The notes beneath the pieces were generated by a model that saw nothing but the letters and a program-made list of their open reading frames with translations, had not been told where the DNA came from and made no database searches. A stretch of 64,000 nucleotides of DNA, from assembly GCA_043732305.1 (NCBI GenBank), contig JAYTHU010000231.1, positions 38,339 to 102,338 of the forward strand, in the 5' to 3' direction. Within the stretch, counting starts at the first letter, position 1. Every line of letters begins with the position of its first letter. Of this stretch, positions 10,279-19,675 are shown one piece after another. The position numbers were made by a program, and so were the translations under genes. The stretch comes from Oligoflexia bacterium. GTDB lineage: Bacteria > Bdellovibrionota > Bdellovibrionia > JABDDW01.

Positions 10279-11102
10279 ACTTTGCCTCTTTGAAGTTTGG
10301 TTTGACGAATAAACGAAATATAAAAAGCCAAACTCGCCAAACAAAGTGTGACAATCTGTCTGAAAGAAAATATCCCAATCATGTTTTCAGCTTGAATTTC
10401 AAAATCACGAAATAGCGAAGCGACAATATCTCCCAAAACGGCGTAACCCAAAAGGAAAAGACAAGTCATGCGTCCACGATGAGAAAATTGCTTCTTATTT
10501 GCAATAAGAATTATTTGTAGCAACAGCCCTTCTGCCAAGGCTTGATACAAACGCAACGGATGCCGGGGGATATCACCATATCCGGGGAATATGACTCCGT
10601 AGACAATATTTGTCGGGCGCCCCGGGGTTGATATGGTCATGAATTCCGAAATGCGAACTAGGAAAATAAAAGTTGGCGTTATAAATGACAAAATATCCAT
10701 CAACTTCAAAGTGTTCAATTTTAAACGGTTAGCAATAAACGCGGTAGTAAGAAAAGCTCCGATAACTGCACAGCTAGATGACAAACCATCACCGAGCGCG
10801 TAAATAATCCAAAATGGATTTGCTTGGAATGATGCTTTTTCGAAATTCAAAGCAACGTACCCGATTCGGCCACCAACTTGCCAACCAAGTGCGGCCCATA
10901 GAACAATTTTATTTACCGCTTTGGGATAGTCAATGAACTTAGAATTTTCTTTATCATAAATCGAAAAGTTGCCGGTGCGGAAAGAAGCCGTGACCAATCT
11001 GTGAATGATATAAAGTCCAAAAATGAAAAAAATCCAATACACGCTGAGAACGTGCCCGGCCACAGATGGACCAGACAGTTGGATACTTCTGTAATCAATC
11101 AT
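10272..11102 (-). CDS. Divergent prolipoprotein diacylglyceryl transferase (Lgt)-family protein
   Basis: GGRIGYV, PGRPT, GVIFP and PRHPLRLYQALAEG match the Lgt scaffold, but several catalytic residues are substituted. Confidence 0.8.
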   Translation of the reverse strand: MIDYRSIQLSGPSVAGHVLSVYWIFFIFGLYIIHRLVTASFRTGNFSIYDKENSKFIDYPKAVNKIVLWAALGWQVGGRIGYVALNFEKASFQANPFWIIYALGDGLSSSCAVIGAFLTTAFIANRLKLNTLKLMDILSFITPTFIFLVRISEFMTISTPGRPTNIVYGVIFPGYGDIPRHPLRLYQALAEGLLLQIILIANKKQFSHRGRMTCLFLLGYAVLGDIVASLFRDFEIQAENMIGIFSFRQIVTLCLASLAFYISFIRQTKLQRGKVW

Positions 11103-11314
11103 CAAATATTTTCCAATCAATATAGTGTTCTATTTATGATAAACCCCAGCTTGGACATTTGAAAGAAATTAGAAATCTCAAGATAAAGGTCTAGGTAAAC
11201 ATAATGAACTGTAAGAAAACCATGAGTCTAGTGCTTGCTCCCCCGAGCCTTGGGTGCGGGACCACGCCAGTCGAAGCGGGAGGAATGTTATTCGTGTTTC
11301 TTTCTGCTATAAAA

Positions 11315-11836
11315 TTACCGCTGAGAATTCAACTGTTCTAGATTTAGAAGAAAAGATTTTACCTTGAGACCGCCTGCAAATCCTGTTAGAGCACCACTCG
11401 CTCCTATCACGCGATGACATGCCGCTACTATAGAAACCGGATTTCTACCGTTTGCTGCTCCAACAGCCCTATAGGCTTTAGGTCGCTTTATTTTTTTCGC
11501 AATCTGACCATAGGTTCGGGTTTCTCCATATGGTATTGCGAGCAGTTCCTGCCAGACATTTTTCTGAAAATCTGTGCCCTTAAAATCAAGTTTTAAATCA
11601 AAACTTTTGCGCGTTCCTAGAAAGTATTCGCTCAACTGTTTTTCTGCACTAAGCAGATGGGTATTTTTGCTATTTTCAATTTGGAGACCAAGAGAAATTC
11701 TTTTTGGATCGTCATTTTCCCAAAGAACAGCCACCAAACCTTTAGAACTCGCAACAAGTTTTAATTCGCCCACCGGAGATGCGAAAGTCTTAAAATAATA
11801 TTCCTGCTTTTTTTCATTACTTTTCAATTTCATCAA
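11315..11836 (-). CDS. ogt: Methylated-DNA--protein-cysteine methyltransferase
   Basis: SPVGEL, GTDFQKNVW, IPYGETRTYG, RAVGAANGRNP, ACHRVIG (active Cys). Confidence 0.93.
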   Translation of the reverse strand: MMKLKSNEKKQEYYFKTFASPVGELKLVASSKGLVAVLWENDDPKRISLGLQIENSKNTHLLSAEKQLSEYFLGTRKSFDLKLDFKGTDFQKNVWQELLAIPYGETRTYGQIAKKIKRPKAYRAVGAANGRNPVSIVAACHRVIGASGALTGFAGGLKVKSFLLNLEQLNSQR

Positions 11837-11898
11837 ATACTTATAACTAAAATAATAAATATAAACTAGCCAATTTCGGATGTGATCAAATCATCAAG

Positions 11899-12429
11899 CT
11901 ATAGTGACTTTTCGAATCTCACCGTGTTCCGCAAATGCCCTTTTTGAATTTTATCACCAGGCAGAAGCCCAACTTGATTCATCTTAAGTTTTTCCATTAT
12001 TCTTATAGAGGCTAAATTTCTCGCGGCACAAGTAGCCTAAATTACTCGAAGTTTTAGATTATCGAATCCAAATCTCATTAATCTTTCGGATGCTTCGGTA
12101 GCCAACCCACGTTTTTGAAATTCTGGGTTTATCATCCATCCTAAGCTTGCGATGCAACTTGACTGAGACTCCCTTCGAATGCCACACCCGCCTACGAGTG
12201 CCCCAGTCTCTTTCAAACAAATCGCAGCATCAAACTTGTAACGCTCTCGGTCTTCTGACTGTGCGGCCATTTCTAAAACAAATTTTTTGGTGTCTTTCAT
12301 TGTATTTGGGCCCCAAAGTTCAAATTGCGAGAATTCCTTTATAGATGTGTAAATGTGGACTCGCTCAATATCACCTCGGTGATAGTCCCTGATTATTAGA
12401 CGGTCCGTTTCCGATTTAATTTGAGTCAC
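11899..12429 (-). pseudogene. RimJ/RimL-type GNAT acetyltransferase interrupted by an in-frame TAG at 12037-12039
   Basis: ETDRLIIR...QKRGLATEA...LRVI*ATCAARNLASIRIMEKLKM...: the conserved GNAT C-terminal motif continues in frame past the stop to a TAG at 11899. Confidence 0.85.
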
Positions 12430-12726
12430 ACTGTCACCTTATGTAGAATCGTAGTGAGTAAAAAATTCGCCTCATGACGGAAACTCGATGAGATATGACT
12501 AGTCCTAAAATGTTTTCGCGTTTCACGGGAATATCCACGCTCATATATTTGTACGAACTAGTCAAAATAATGTCCGCTCTTAACTGTTGGTGCAGAAGAA
12601 TAGTTTACGCCATCATCTTTCATTAGCACTAAAATTTTCTCTAACCCACCACACGGGCCGAAGGCCCTTGATATTTTGGTAAATTTACCGATAATCAGTA
12701 GAGGAGGGCATTTCTTGATTGGACGT

Positions 12727-13242
12727 ATGCGCGGCTTTACACTCATTGAACTTATGATAGTTATTTCCATTATGGGAGTGCTTACGGCTGTCGCCGTTCC
12801 CAACTATGTAAGATATGTCAACAAATCGAAACAAAATGAAGCAAAAGTCAACCTTGAATCACTTTACGCAGCAGAGAAATCATTTTACTTTAATCATCTA
12901 TTTTATTCTCCTCGATTTGATGCAGTCGGCTTCAAGCCAGCAGGCTCTTTGAATTATCACACTGGGTTTGCAGCGGATTCGAACTCGGGATTCGGCACTG
13001 CCGGTTGCATCGACACGAGCTTGGGCACTTGTACAGGATCGGTATGGACGGAAGCCCTTCCTGCTCAGGTGGCCGGCACTATTGGAGCCTCAAATATTGT
13101 TACCACTGGTGCTTTGAATTCATTTTCCGCAGAGGCACGTGGCAAAATTAATGGAGCTATAGTGGATATTTGGAATATTCGTGACACTATCGATCCGACA
13201 ACTAAAGCCCCACTAGTAAATACAAATCCCGGTGTTGATTAA
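12727..13242 (+). CDS. Type IV pilin-like protein
   Basis: Class III signal MRG|FTLIELMIVISIMGVLTAVAVPNY, then KQNEAKVNL and a Cys pair. Start taken at ATG 12727. Confidence 0.9.
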   Translation: MRGFTLIELMIVISIMGVLTAVAVPNYVRYVNKSKQNEAKVNLESLYAAEKSFYFNHLFYSPRFDAVGFKPAGSLNYHTGFAADSNSGFGTAGCIDTSLGTCTGSVWTEALPAQVAGTIGASNIVTTGALNSFSAEARGKINGAIVDIWNIRDTIDPTTKAPLVNTNPGVD

Positions 13243-13492
13243 TACTGACCAACAACTTTCGTTTTATTTTTATGGCTATACGATTTTCTTGAATAATAAG
13301 AGATCTGACAACGGTCAGATATTTGAATGGTTGAAAGAACACTTTGGTTATTCTATTTCGACCTCCCTACTTAACGCCATTCCGATAGTTTGCTCTACGA
13401 AATTCTTTAGCAAGAAATTTTGCCCCTCCGCAAATTTTTAAGCAGCTTTGCGCCTAAAATTTGCGCCAAATCTATTCAGAATATTTATGGGC

Positions 13493-13508
13493 TGGCACCC
13501 TTTTTGAA
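13493..13508 (+). promoter_or_regulatory. Candidate sigma-54 promoter
   Basis: TGGCAC-CCTTT-TTGAA (perfect -24 box, variant -12 box), about 30 nt before ATG 13541. Confidence 0.5.
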
Positions 13509-13540
13509 TTACAGAGGGAAAAAGAAAGGAAGCAGACAAC

Positions 13541-14020
13541 ATGAAATTTTTTAAGCAGATCTTTGCAAGTCAAATATTACGATTGAGGAACGTCAAAGAA
13601 GGAGACGAAATTTACTTTGTGTTTCTTCGCGTGTCCCAAGTTTTGTCCGTCGTGACAACGCTTTACGCCTTAGTGCTCATTGCACCTATGTCCATAGAAC
13701 TATCGGAGATAGGTGCCCCTGGATTCACCCCAAAGCTTTTTGTGCCACTCATTATTTCATTTGTGGTGATCTTTACTGCGTGTGAAATCGCTCTACGATG
13801 CCTCGACAAAAATAAAATCGTTGGATTCTATCTTGGTTTATTTATAGCGATGCATTACTGTTTTGGCATCGGCATTATCTTGGGGCTGTTCGGCTTTTAT
13901 AGTTTACTGAATCCTTCGGCTCAGAAAAGATTTCTAAAAGATGCACCTCCATGGCTCAAAGAGTTCCTCACTTTTTGCAGAATTAATCACCTGGCCAAAG
14001 AGGACACAGAAATAGTCTAA
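13541..14020 (+). CDS. Hypothetical membrane protein (3-4 TM)
   Basis: Several hydrophobic segments and a purine-rich RBS region. Confidence 0.7.
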   Translation: MKFFKQIFASQILRLRNVKEGDEIYFVFLRVSQVLSVVTTLYALVLIAPMSIELSEIGAPGFTPKLFVPLIISFVVIFTACEIALRCLDKNKIVGFYLGLFIAMHYCFGIGIILGLFGFYSLLNPSAQKRFLKDAPPWLKEFLTFCRINHLAKEDTEIV

Positions 14021-14091
14021 TTTACTCCTCGCCATAGGGCTGGGCGCCTAATGTAACCCCTTTATCAAACCGAATAGACACAGGGGTTACT

Positions 14092-16104
14092 TTGGGAAAA
14101 TTACGAGTCTTTACCAAATCTATTTACAAGAAGGCACTCGAATGCCCGACCAAACTTTTTTATTTAAAGAAACCCAGCGAGTACGCAAACGAAGACAAGG
14201 CCAATGACTTTTTAAAAGCTCTTGCTCGCGGAGGATTTCAAGTCGGAGCTTTGGCTCGATGCTATTATCCCAAGGGGCATCTCATAGACACCCTCGATCA
14301 TGAAGATGCGGTCAGACAAACCGATGCACTTCTGAACGAAAAAAACGTAATCATATTCGAGGCAGCTTTCAAATTTGAGAATTATTTCATTCGAGTAGAT
14401 ATTCTTCGCAAACAAGGAAATCTTGTCGACCTCATGGAAGTGAAGTCTAAGAGTGCAGATCCCGCAATATTCGAAGATGAGCTATGGGCGGTGAGCCCTT
14501 TGAAGCAAGGCATCTATCAGCTTAAGGCAGTTTGGTATGACTATATTTATGATGTCGCTTTTCAAACATTTGTTCTTAGAAAATCAAAACCTGATTTTAC
14601 GGTGACACCGTACCTTGTATGTGCGGACAAATCAAAAAAAGCAACAGTCGATGGACTCAATCAGAAATTTTTAGTCAGGAACAATAATAGTTGCGGAAAG
14701 ATAGAAATCCACGGTGATGTCTCGCTGTCATCTCTCGGCACGCGCATTTTGTGCGATCTCGATGTGACCGAGGCTGTAGACAAAATTCTTAGCGACGAAG
14801 AAATGAGTGAAAAATCCAACGGGTTGCAGTTCCAAGAATCTGTCGAGCTGTACTCAAAAATGTTCGTCACAGACAAAAAGATTTCAACGCCAATTGGGAA
14901 ACATTGCAAAACATGTGAATTTCGCTCAGATGACGGATTTTTGAAAAGTGGATTTCATGAATGTTGGAAAGAACTCGCAGATCTGACCGCGGAGCAAATG
15001 TCCAAACCATTGATTTATGATATTTGGAGATTCTTAGGCTCTAACGATCTAATAAAAGATAGAAAATATTTTTTGACCGATGCTTCAATCGAAGATGTTG
15101 ATCCCAAAGAAGAACCGAATCGTGCTGGTTTATCTCAAAGCCAACGGCAGTGGCTTCAGGTCGAACATGCTCAAAACAATTCACCGGAAGAATACATTGA
15201 TATGGATGGGCTATCCTCGGCCCTCCGACTTAAATATCCCCTCCATTTCATTGACTTTGAAACTTGTATGGTGGCCATCCCATTTTCAAAAGGGAGAAGG
15301 CCTTATGAGCAAATCGCGTTTCAATTCTCACATCACATCGTTCATGAAGACGGACGCATCGAGCATCAGGGGCAATACATAAATGCAAAACCTGGTGTAT
15401 TTCCTAACTTTGATTTCGTTAGAGCTTTAAAGAAAGAACTTGAAAATGATAACGGATCTATTTTTAGATACTCGCATCATGAAAACACTGTTCTTAATCA
15501 AATCAGAGATCAGCTTGCTGAAAGCACTGAGAGGGACAAAGACGATCTCATCACATGGATCAAAACTATAACTTACCGAAAAGGCGAAGGCATCGGGCTT
15601 CGCTCAATGATAGATCTCTGTGAACTTGAAATGCATTATTACTTTCATCCAGCAACTGGCGGTTCAAATTCAATAAAGAAAGTTCTTCCCGCAATCTTAA
15701 ACGAATCAAAATTTTTGCAGGATAAATATTCAAAAGCTATATACGGAAAGCACGAAAAAATCGTGTCACGTAATTTTGATTCTCAGATCTGGATAGAATT
15801 GAAAGACGGTAAAGTTTTAGATCCCTATTCGAGGCTCCCAAAAGTTTTTAATGATTATGATCGCAATACTTTAGATCTCTTGATGGATGATGACGAACTT
15901 GCGGACGGTGGCGCCGCCATGACCGCCTATGCCTATTTACAATTTTCAGAAATGTCTGACGACGAGCGCGGGAAAATAGAATCGGCCCTGCTCAAATACT
16001 GCGAGTTAGACACCTTCGCGATGGTTATGATTTGGGAACACTGGATGGAACGGATAAAATCGCCACCAAATTTAACCGAGCCTGCACGGCAGCGGAAAGA
16101 ATAA
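14092..16104 (+). CDS. DUF2779-domain protein (PD-(D/E)XK/Cas4-like nuclease plus RNase H-like domain)
   Basis: TKS..ALECPTKL, RVDIL...LMEVKS, HCKTCEF...C, HFIDFET, RPYEQIAFQFSHH, SIKKVLP, LLKYCELDT. Confidence 0.8.
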   Translation: MGKLRVFTKSIYKKALECPTKLFYLKKPSEYANEDKANDFLKALARGGFQVGALARCYYPKGHLIDTLDHEDAVRQTDALLNEKNVIIFEAAFKFENYFIRVDILRKQGNLVDLMEVKSKSADPAIFEDELWAVSPLKQGIYQLKAVWYDYIYDVAFQTFVLRKSKPDFTVTPYLVCADKSKKATVDGLNQKFLVRNNNSCGKIEIHGDVSLSSLGTRILCDLDVTEAVDKILSDEEMSEKSNGLQFQESVELYSKMFVTDKKISTPIGKHCKTCEFRSDDGFLKSGFHECWKELADLTAEQMSKPLIYDIWRFLGSNDLIKDRKYFLTDASIEDVDPKEEPNRAGLSQSQRQWLQVEHAQNNSPEEYIDMDGLSSALRLKYPLHFIDFETCMVAIPFSKGRRPYEQIAFQFSHHIVHEDGRIEHQGQYINAKPGVFPNFDFVRALKKELENDNGSIFRYSHHENTVLNQIRDQLAESTERDKDDLITWIKTITYRKGEGIGLRSMIDLCELEMHYYFHPATGGSNSIKKVLPAILNESKFLQDKYSKAIYGKHEKIVSRNFDSQIWIELKDGKVLDPYSRLPKVFNDYDRNTLDLLMDDDELADGGAAMTAYAYLQFSEMSDDERGKIESALLKYCELDTFAMVMIWEHWMERIKSPPNLTEPARQRKE

Positions 16105-16162
16105 TAATTTTAATGAAATTGATCAATTTCCCGTGAAGTCAAAAAAGTAAAGAAGCTATTGG

Positions 16163-16181
16163 CATAGTATAGGGGACTATG
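16163..16181 (+). promoter_or_regulatory. CsoR/RcnR/FrmR-type operator
   Basis: CATAGT-ATAGGGG-ACTATG: an inverted repeat flanking a G-tract, immediately upstream of the repressor gene. Confidence 0.7.
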
Positions 16182-16196
16182 TTATCACTCTTAATT

Positions 16197-16472
16197 ATGG
16201 CACACACGCAACATGCAAAATCAAAACTAATTCTACGAGTCCGACGAATGAAGGGGCAACTTGAAGCCGTGGAGAGAGCCTTAGAAAAAGACGAAGACTG
16301 TTCAACTATATTAAGGACTGTTGTTTCCTGTCGTGGCGCCCTCAATGGACTCATGGCAGAACTCATGGACGGAGAAATTCGATACCATGTTTTAGATTCC
16401 CAAAGCGGCAAAGCTAAACAAATGAAATCTGCGGATGATTTAATTGCGCTCATCCATTCGTACTTAAAATAG
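16197..16472 (+). CDS. rcnR: Metal-sensing repressor, RcnR/CsoR/FrmR family
   Basis: MAHT, RVRRMKGQLEAVERALE, CSTIL, RGALNGLMAELMDGEIRYH; adjacent to rcnA. Confidence 0.85.
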   Translation: MAHTQHAKSKLILRVRRMKGQLEAVERALEKDEDCSTILRTVVSCRGALNGLMAELMDGEIRYHVLDSQSGKAKQMKSADDLIALIHSYLK

Positions 16473-16496
16473 TCTCAACCTACCCCTGGAGCAAAT

Positions 16497-17552
16497 ATGC
16501 AAAACCCTCTCAGTCTTGTTTATTTTCCCGCCGCTGTAGCCCTGGGAGCACTTCATGCTCTTGAGCCAGGGCATGCAAAAGCACTCACAGCTTCTTATCT
16601 CATTGGAATAAAGGGCACAAAAAGAGATTCAATTGTCTTAGGACTTTCTGTAGCCTTAACCCATTCTATCGTCGTTGTTGGGATATCTTCTATTGGACTT
16701 TGGCTTGGGAACGAAGCATTTACGGGCCGCGCGACGGAGTGGCTCGAGTACGGAAGTGGCGTTCTTGCAATTGTCATTGGAAGCTGGATGCTTTGGAGAA
16801 GGCTTGCGCTTCGCCATCGAATTGCTGCTCACGATCACGGTCACCATCACCATGCCCCCGATCCAGTGCTCGTAAACGGGAAGTCACTGCAAGGCAAACT
16901 AGAAATTGTCGATAGTCCACTAGGCGAAAGAATGAAATTCACAGCCACTAAAAATATCTCAGAGAATGAGCTTGTTATTGAGATTGCGAGAGGTGGAAAT
17001 TCAATCGAAAAACTAATCCTCATAAAATCTCCAGATCACGACGGAATTTTTCTGAGCACCGCTGCACCTCAAGAACCCCACGAGTTTTCCGCCCGTCTCA
17101 TTTTAAAAATGGAAGCAGAAAAAGAAGTTTTTAATTTTTCTATAACTGAACCGGAAGGTCACGGTGATCATGATCATCTCGATGACGTCGCCCACGCTAA
17201 AGCCCATACCGATACTTTGCCTGATTATGTTAAAAAGGGCGAGAAGCCAAGTATCGGCCAAATAGCACTTTTTGGAGCAGCGGGCGGAATGATTCCGTGC
17301 CCAGCTTCCATCACAGTCATGCTGCTAGCACTCTCAACTGGTAGAGCTGCAATGGGATTTGTCACAGTTTTGGGATTTAGTCTTGGTTTGGCCGCATCAC
17401 TTGTAGGGATTGGCGTATTGGTTGTGACGGGACTAAGTCATATATCAACCTCCGGGCGATTCTCCGCTGTGAGTAAATTTGCGCCAGTTATAAGCGCCTG
17501 CCTGGTTATCCTTTCGGGATTTTTTGCTTTGCTCATTGCTCACAGGGGTTAA
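16497..17552 (+). CDS. rcnA: Nickel/cobalt efflux transporter RcnA (HoxN/HupN/NixA family)
   Basis: LGALHALEPGHAK, His-rich loops, GGMIPCPASITV. Confidence 0.88.
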   Translation: MQNPLSLVYFPAAVALGALHALEPGHAKALTASYLIGIKGTKRDSIVLGLSVALTHSIVVVGISSIGLWLGNEAFTGRATEWLEYGSGVLAIVIGSWMLWRRLALRHRIAAHDHGHHHHAPDPVLVNGKSLQGKLEIVDSPLGERMKFTATKNISENELVIEIARGGNSIEKLILIKSPDHDGIFLSTAAPQEPHEFSARLILKMEAEKEVFNFSITEPEGHGDHDHLDDVAHAKAHTDTLPDYVKKGEKPSIGQIALFGAAGGMIPCPASITVMLLALSTGRAAMGFVTVLGFSLGLAASLVGIGVLVVTGLSHISTSGRFSAVSKFAPVISACLVILSGFFALLIAHRG

Positions 17553-17697
17553 AATGGCACTCAACAGCTCAACAGGCTTCTGAGCATAATTACGAGTAGT
17601 TTTGGTACATCCCAATTTTTAATCGGCAATAAACCCTCTATAATTCAATTTCTAACAAACTATATCGAACTGCAATCCACCCACATAACTATTTTAG

Positions 17698-17713
17698 AGG
17701 CACGAATTATGCA
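17698..17713 (+). promoter_or_regulatory. Candidate sigma-54 promoter upstream of the USP gene
   Basis: AGGCAC-GAATT-ATGCA is GG-N10-GC. Confidence 0.4.
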
Positions 17714-17843
17714 CACTTTAGGATTGTTTTATAAAAACCTGTGCTAAAGGCTAGAGATGAATGCAAATCATAAAAAAACACACTTCTACCAATTAAGACC
17801 AATTTCTGCTTCGAACAATCTTTTCAAAGCGGAGAGAAAAAAA

Positions 17844-18671
17844 ATGGCCAATCGTAAAATCAAAACACTTATAGTCGGAGTAGATTTTTCAAAGTATTCA
17901 AAAGTTGTAGTCCAGCAAGCAAAAATGCTTTCTGAAAAACTAAAAATTCCTATTGTCTACGTGAATATTTTTGAGCAGCCCTATGTCTCAGAATGGATTT
18001 TAAAAACAGCTTTAGCGGAGCTTGAGAGGCACTTTGAAAAAGAAATTAGGAAAACCTATAAACTAAATAAAAAAGACAAAGTCATCGTCAGGTGCGGACA
18101 GGCATTTCAGCACATTCTAGATATCGCAAAGAAATTCACTAACCCACTTATAGTTGTAGGGCATCGTGGAAAAAGTGGTGTGTTCGCTAGATTTTTTATT
18201 GGAAGCACTGCTGAAAGACTTGCCTTGAAATCTCCTTTTCCCGTATGGATTCATCGCGGGAAAAGGCCAATTTTTCCCAAACACGTGCTCGTCCCATGTG
18301 ACCTTACCAAACGCGGCCGTCATGCGCTAGATTCTGTTAAAGCTATGGGATTTGGAAGTAATCTTCAAGTGGAACTCTATCATGTGATCCAACCACCATT
18401 CCCGGTTTTGGACTATGCTGCTTGGTCAAATACATATGAGAGAATAAAAGAAAAAAATATAAGTATGATTCGGATGTTCAAAAAGAAGAATCCTGGTTTA
18501 AAAGTCGTTGAAATCGAAGGTGATATCAATGAAGAAATTGAACAACAGAGTAGGAAGTTTGACCTCGTTGCGATCACTCCCCGTGAACACAAAGGTTCAT
18601 TTGCCAGTTTCGGAAGTGTCACGTCCAAGGTAGTGAGGCAGGGAGATACTTCGGTTCTAGTGGTGCCTTGA
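17844..18671 (+). CDS. Tandem-domain universal stress protein
   Basis: LIVGVDFS, IVVGHRG..FFIGSTAERL..PVWI, and a second domain with VLVPCD and FGSVTSKVVR..SVLVVP. Start at ATG 17844 after GGAGAG. Confidence 0.88.
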   Translation: MANRKIKTLIVGVDFSKYSKVVVQQAKMLSEKLKIPIVYVNIFEQPYVSEWILKTALAELERHFEKEIRKTYKLNKKDKVIVRCGQAFQHILDIAKKFTNPLIVVGHRGKSGVFARFFIGSTAERLALKSPFPVWIHRGKRPIFPKHVLVPCDLTKRGRHALDSVKAMGFGSNLQVELYHVIQPPFPVLDYAAWSNTYERIKEKNISMIRMFKKKNPGLKVVEIEGDINEEIEQQSRKFDLVAITPREHKGSFASFGSVTSKVVRQGDTSVLVVP

Positions 18672-18787
18672 GGTTATTGGCTGAATTCGAGAACTGATTC
18701 ACCTAAGACATTTTTAAAGTTGGAGACTAAAATGCTTCCCAAATCTCACCGGACAAACCGCATCGGTGCTTTCTTTGAAACCGTCGA

Positions 18788-19639
18788 TTGAAGGTCCAAG
18801 TAAAACAATGGATTAAGCCTGGTTTGATTTTATCTGTACTTTTTCTTTTCTCGCAGCTTTTACCACCAAGTCCAATTGATCCCTGGAATCTCTTAAGTCT
18901 CAAAAAGATAATGAGTATGATTTTTGTTTTGGCTTTTATTCAAATTTTGGGCTCTATGGCAATTCAACTTCTCGGCTTTCGAATCGGAGCGATTTTAACC
19001 GGTTTTCTCGGCGGGTTGGTCTCAAGCACAGCAACAACGGCTACTTTGGCTCGAAATAGCATGCTGCTTCCAAATAAGGATGCCTCTTTAGAAAACTTGA
19101 CGTTTCTATGCGCGACTCTTGCGATGCTGCTCGAAGCCTTGGCAATAACGGTTTTTGGAACCCAGAATTTTCACTTGCACCTATTAATTATATTCTTCGG
19201 CCCAATTCTAATCACTTTACTCATGATTATTTTTCAAGCTAGAACTGCCGAACTCAGGCCGTTTTCTTTGGAAAATACGCAAATTAATATTTTTCCTATT
19301 GTCAAGCTTTCTGCTTTTGTAATTGGCATTATAACGCTGTCAAAAATTCTACAGAATATTTTTGGACAAAGTGGATTGATCGGATTGACTTTCATCGCCT
19401 CGCTTTTTGAAATCCATGGATCCATCATTGCCAATACCCAATTGCATGATACAGGCGGGATAACAGTAAGTTTTCTTGGTGGATTGTTGTCCCTTTCGAT
19501 TACAGCATCTTATATTTCAAAACTATTCCTTGTAGCAACTTTAGGTAGCCCGTCACTAAAAACTCGTGTCACCCAATCTACACTCTTCTTATTTTTATCT
19601 CTTACTTTAAGTTGGTTGATTTTTTCTTTCTTAAATTAG
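18788..19639 (+). CDS. DUF4010-family membrane protein (MgtC/SapB-associated domain)
   Basis: PIDPWNLL and TGFLGGLVSSTATT signature; multiple TM helices. Confidence 0.8.
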   Translation: MKVQVKQWIKPGLILSVLFLFSQLLPPSPIDPWNLLSLKKIMSMIFVLAFIQILGSMAIQLLGFRIGAILTGFLGGLVSSTATTATLARNSMLLPNKDASLENLTFLCATLAMLLEALAITVFGTQNFHLHLLIIFFGPILITLLMIIFQARTAELRPFSLENTQINIFPIVKLSAFVIGIITLSKILQNIFGQSGLIGLTFIASLFEIHGSIIANTQLHDTGGITVSFLGGLLSLSITASYISKLFLVATLGSPSLKTRVTQSTLFLFLSLTLSWLIFSFLN

Positions 19640-19675
19640 AAATGACCTTGTGTCTCGAAAAACCTTTCCAAGCTC

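Noticed and set aside
11225..11290. GC-rich patch (ctccccc...gcgggagg) between the lgt-like gene and ogt, considered as a tRNA remnant or att site
   Set aside because: No T-loop or acceptor match to the tRNA-Ser in the window; pairing is short and ambiguous.
11410..11430. Ogt active-site ACHR instead of PCHR
   Set aside because: The catalytic Cys-His-Arg is intact; a single substitution is not evidence of altered function.
12037..12039. Amber recoding (pyrrolysine or alternative genetic code)
   Set aside because: TAG is the normal stop of several intact genes here (dus, HIT, murA, nuoK), and RF1 is encoded.
13232..13441. 69-aa ORF after the pilin
   Set aside because: No RBS, non-ATG start and no recognisable motif; may be a remnant but cannot be supported.
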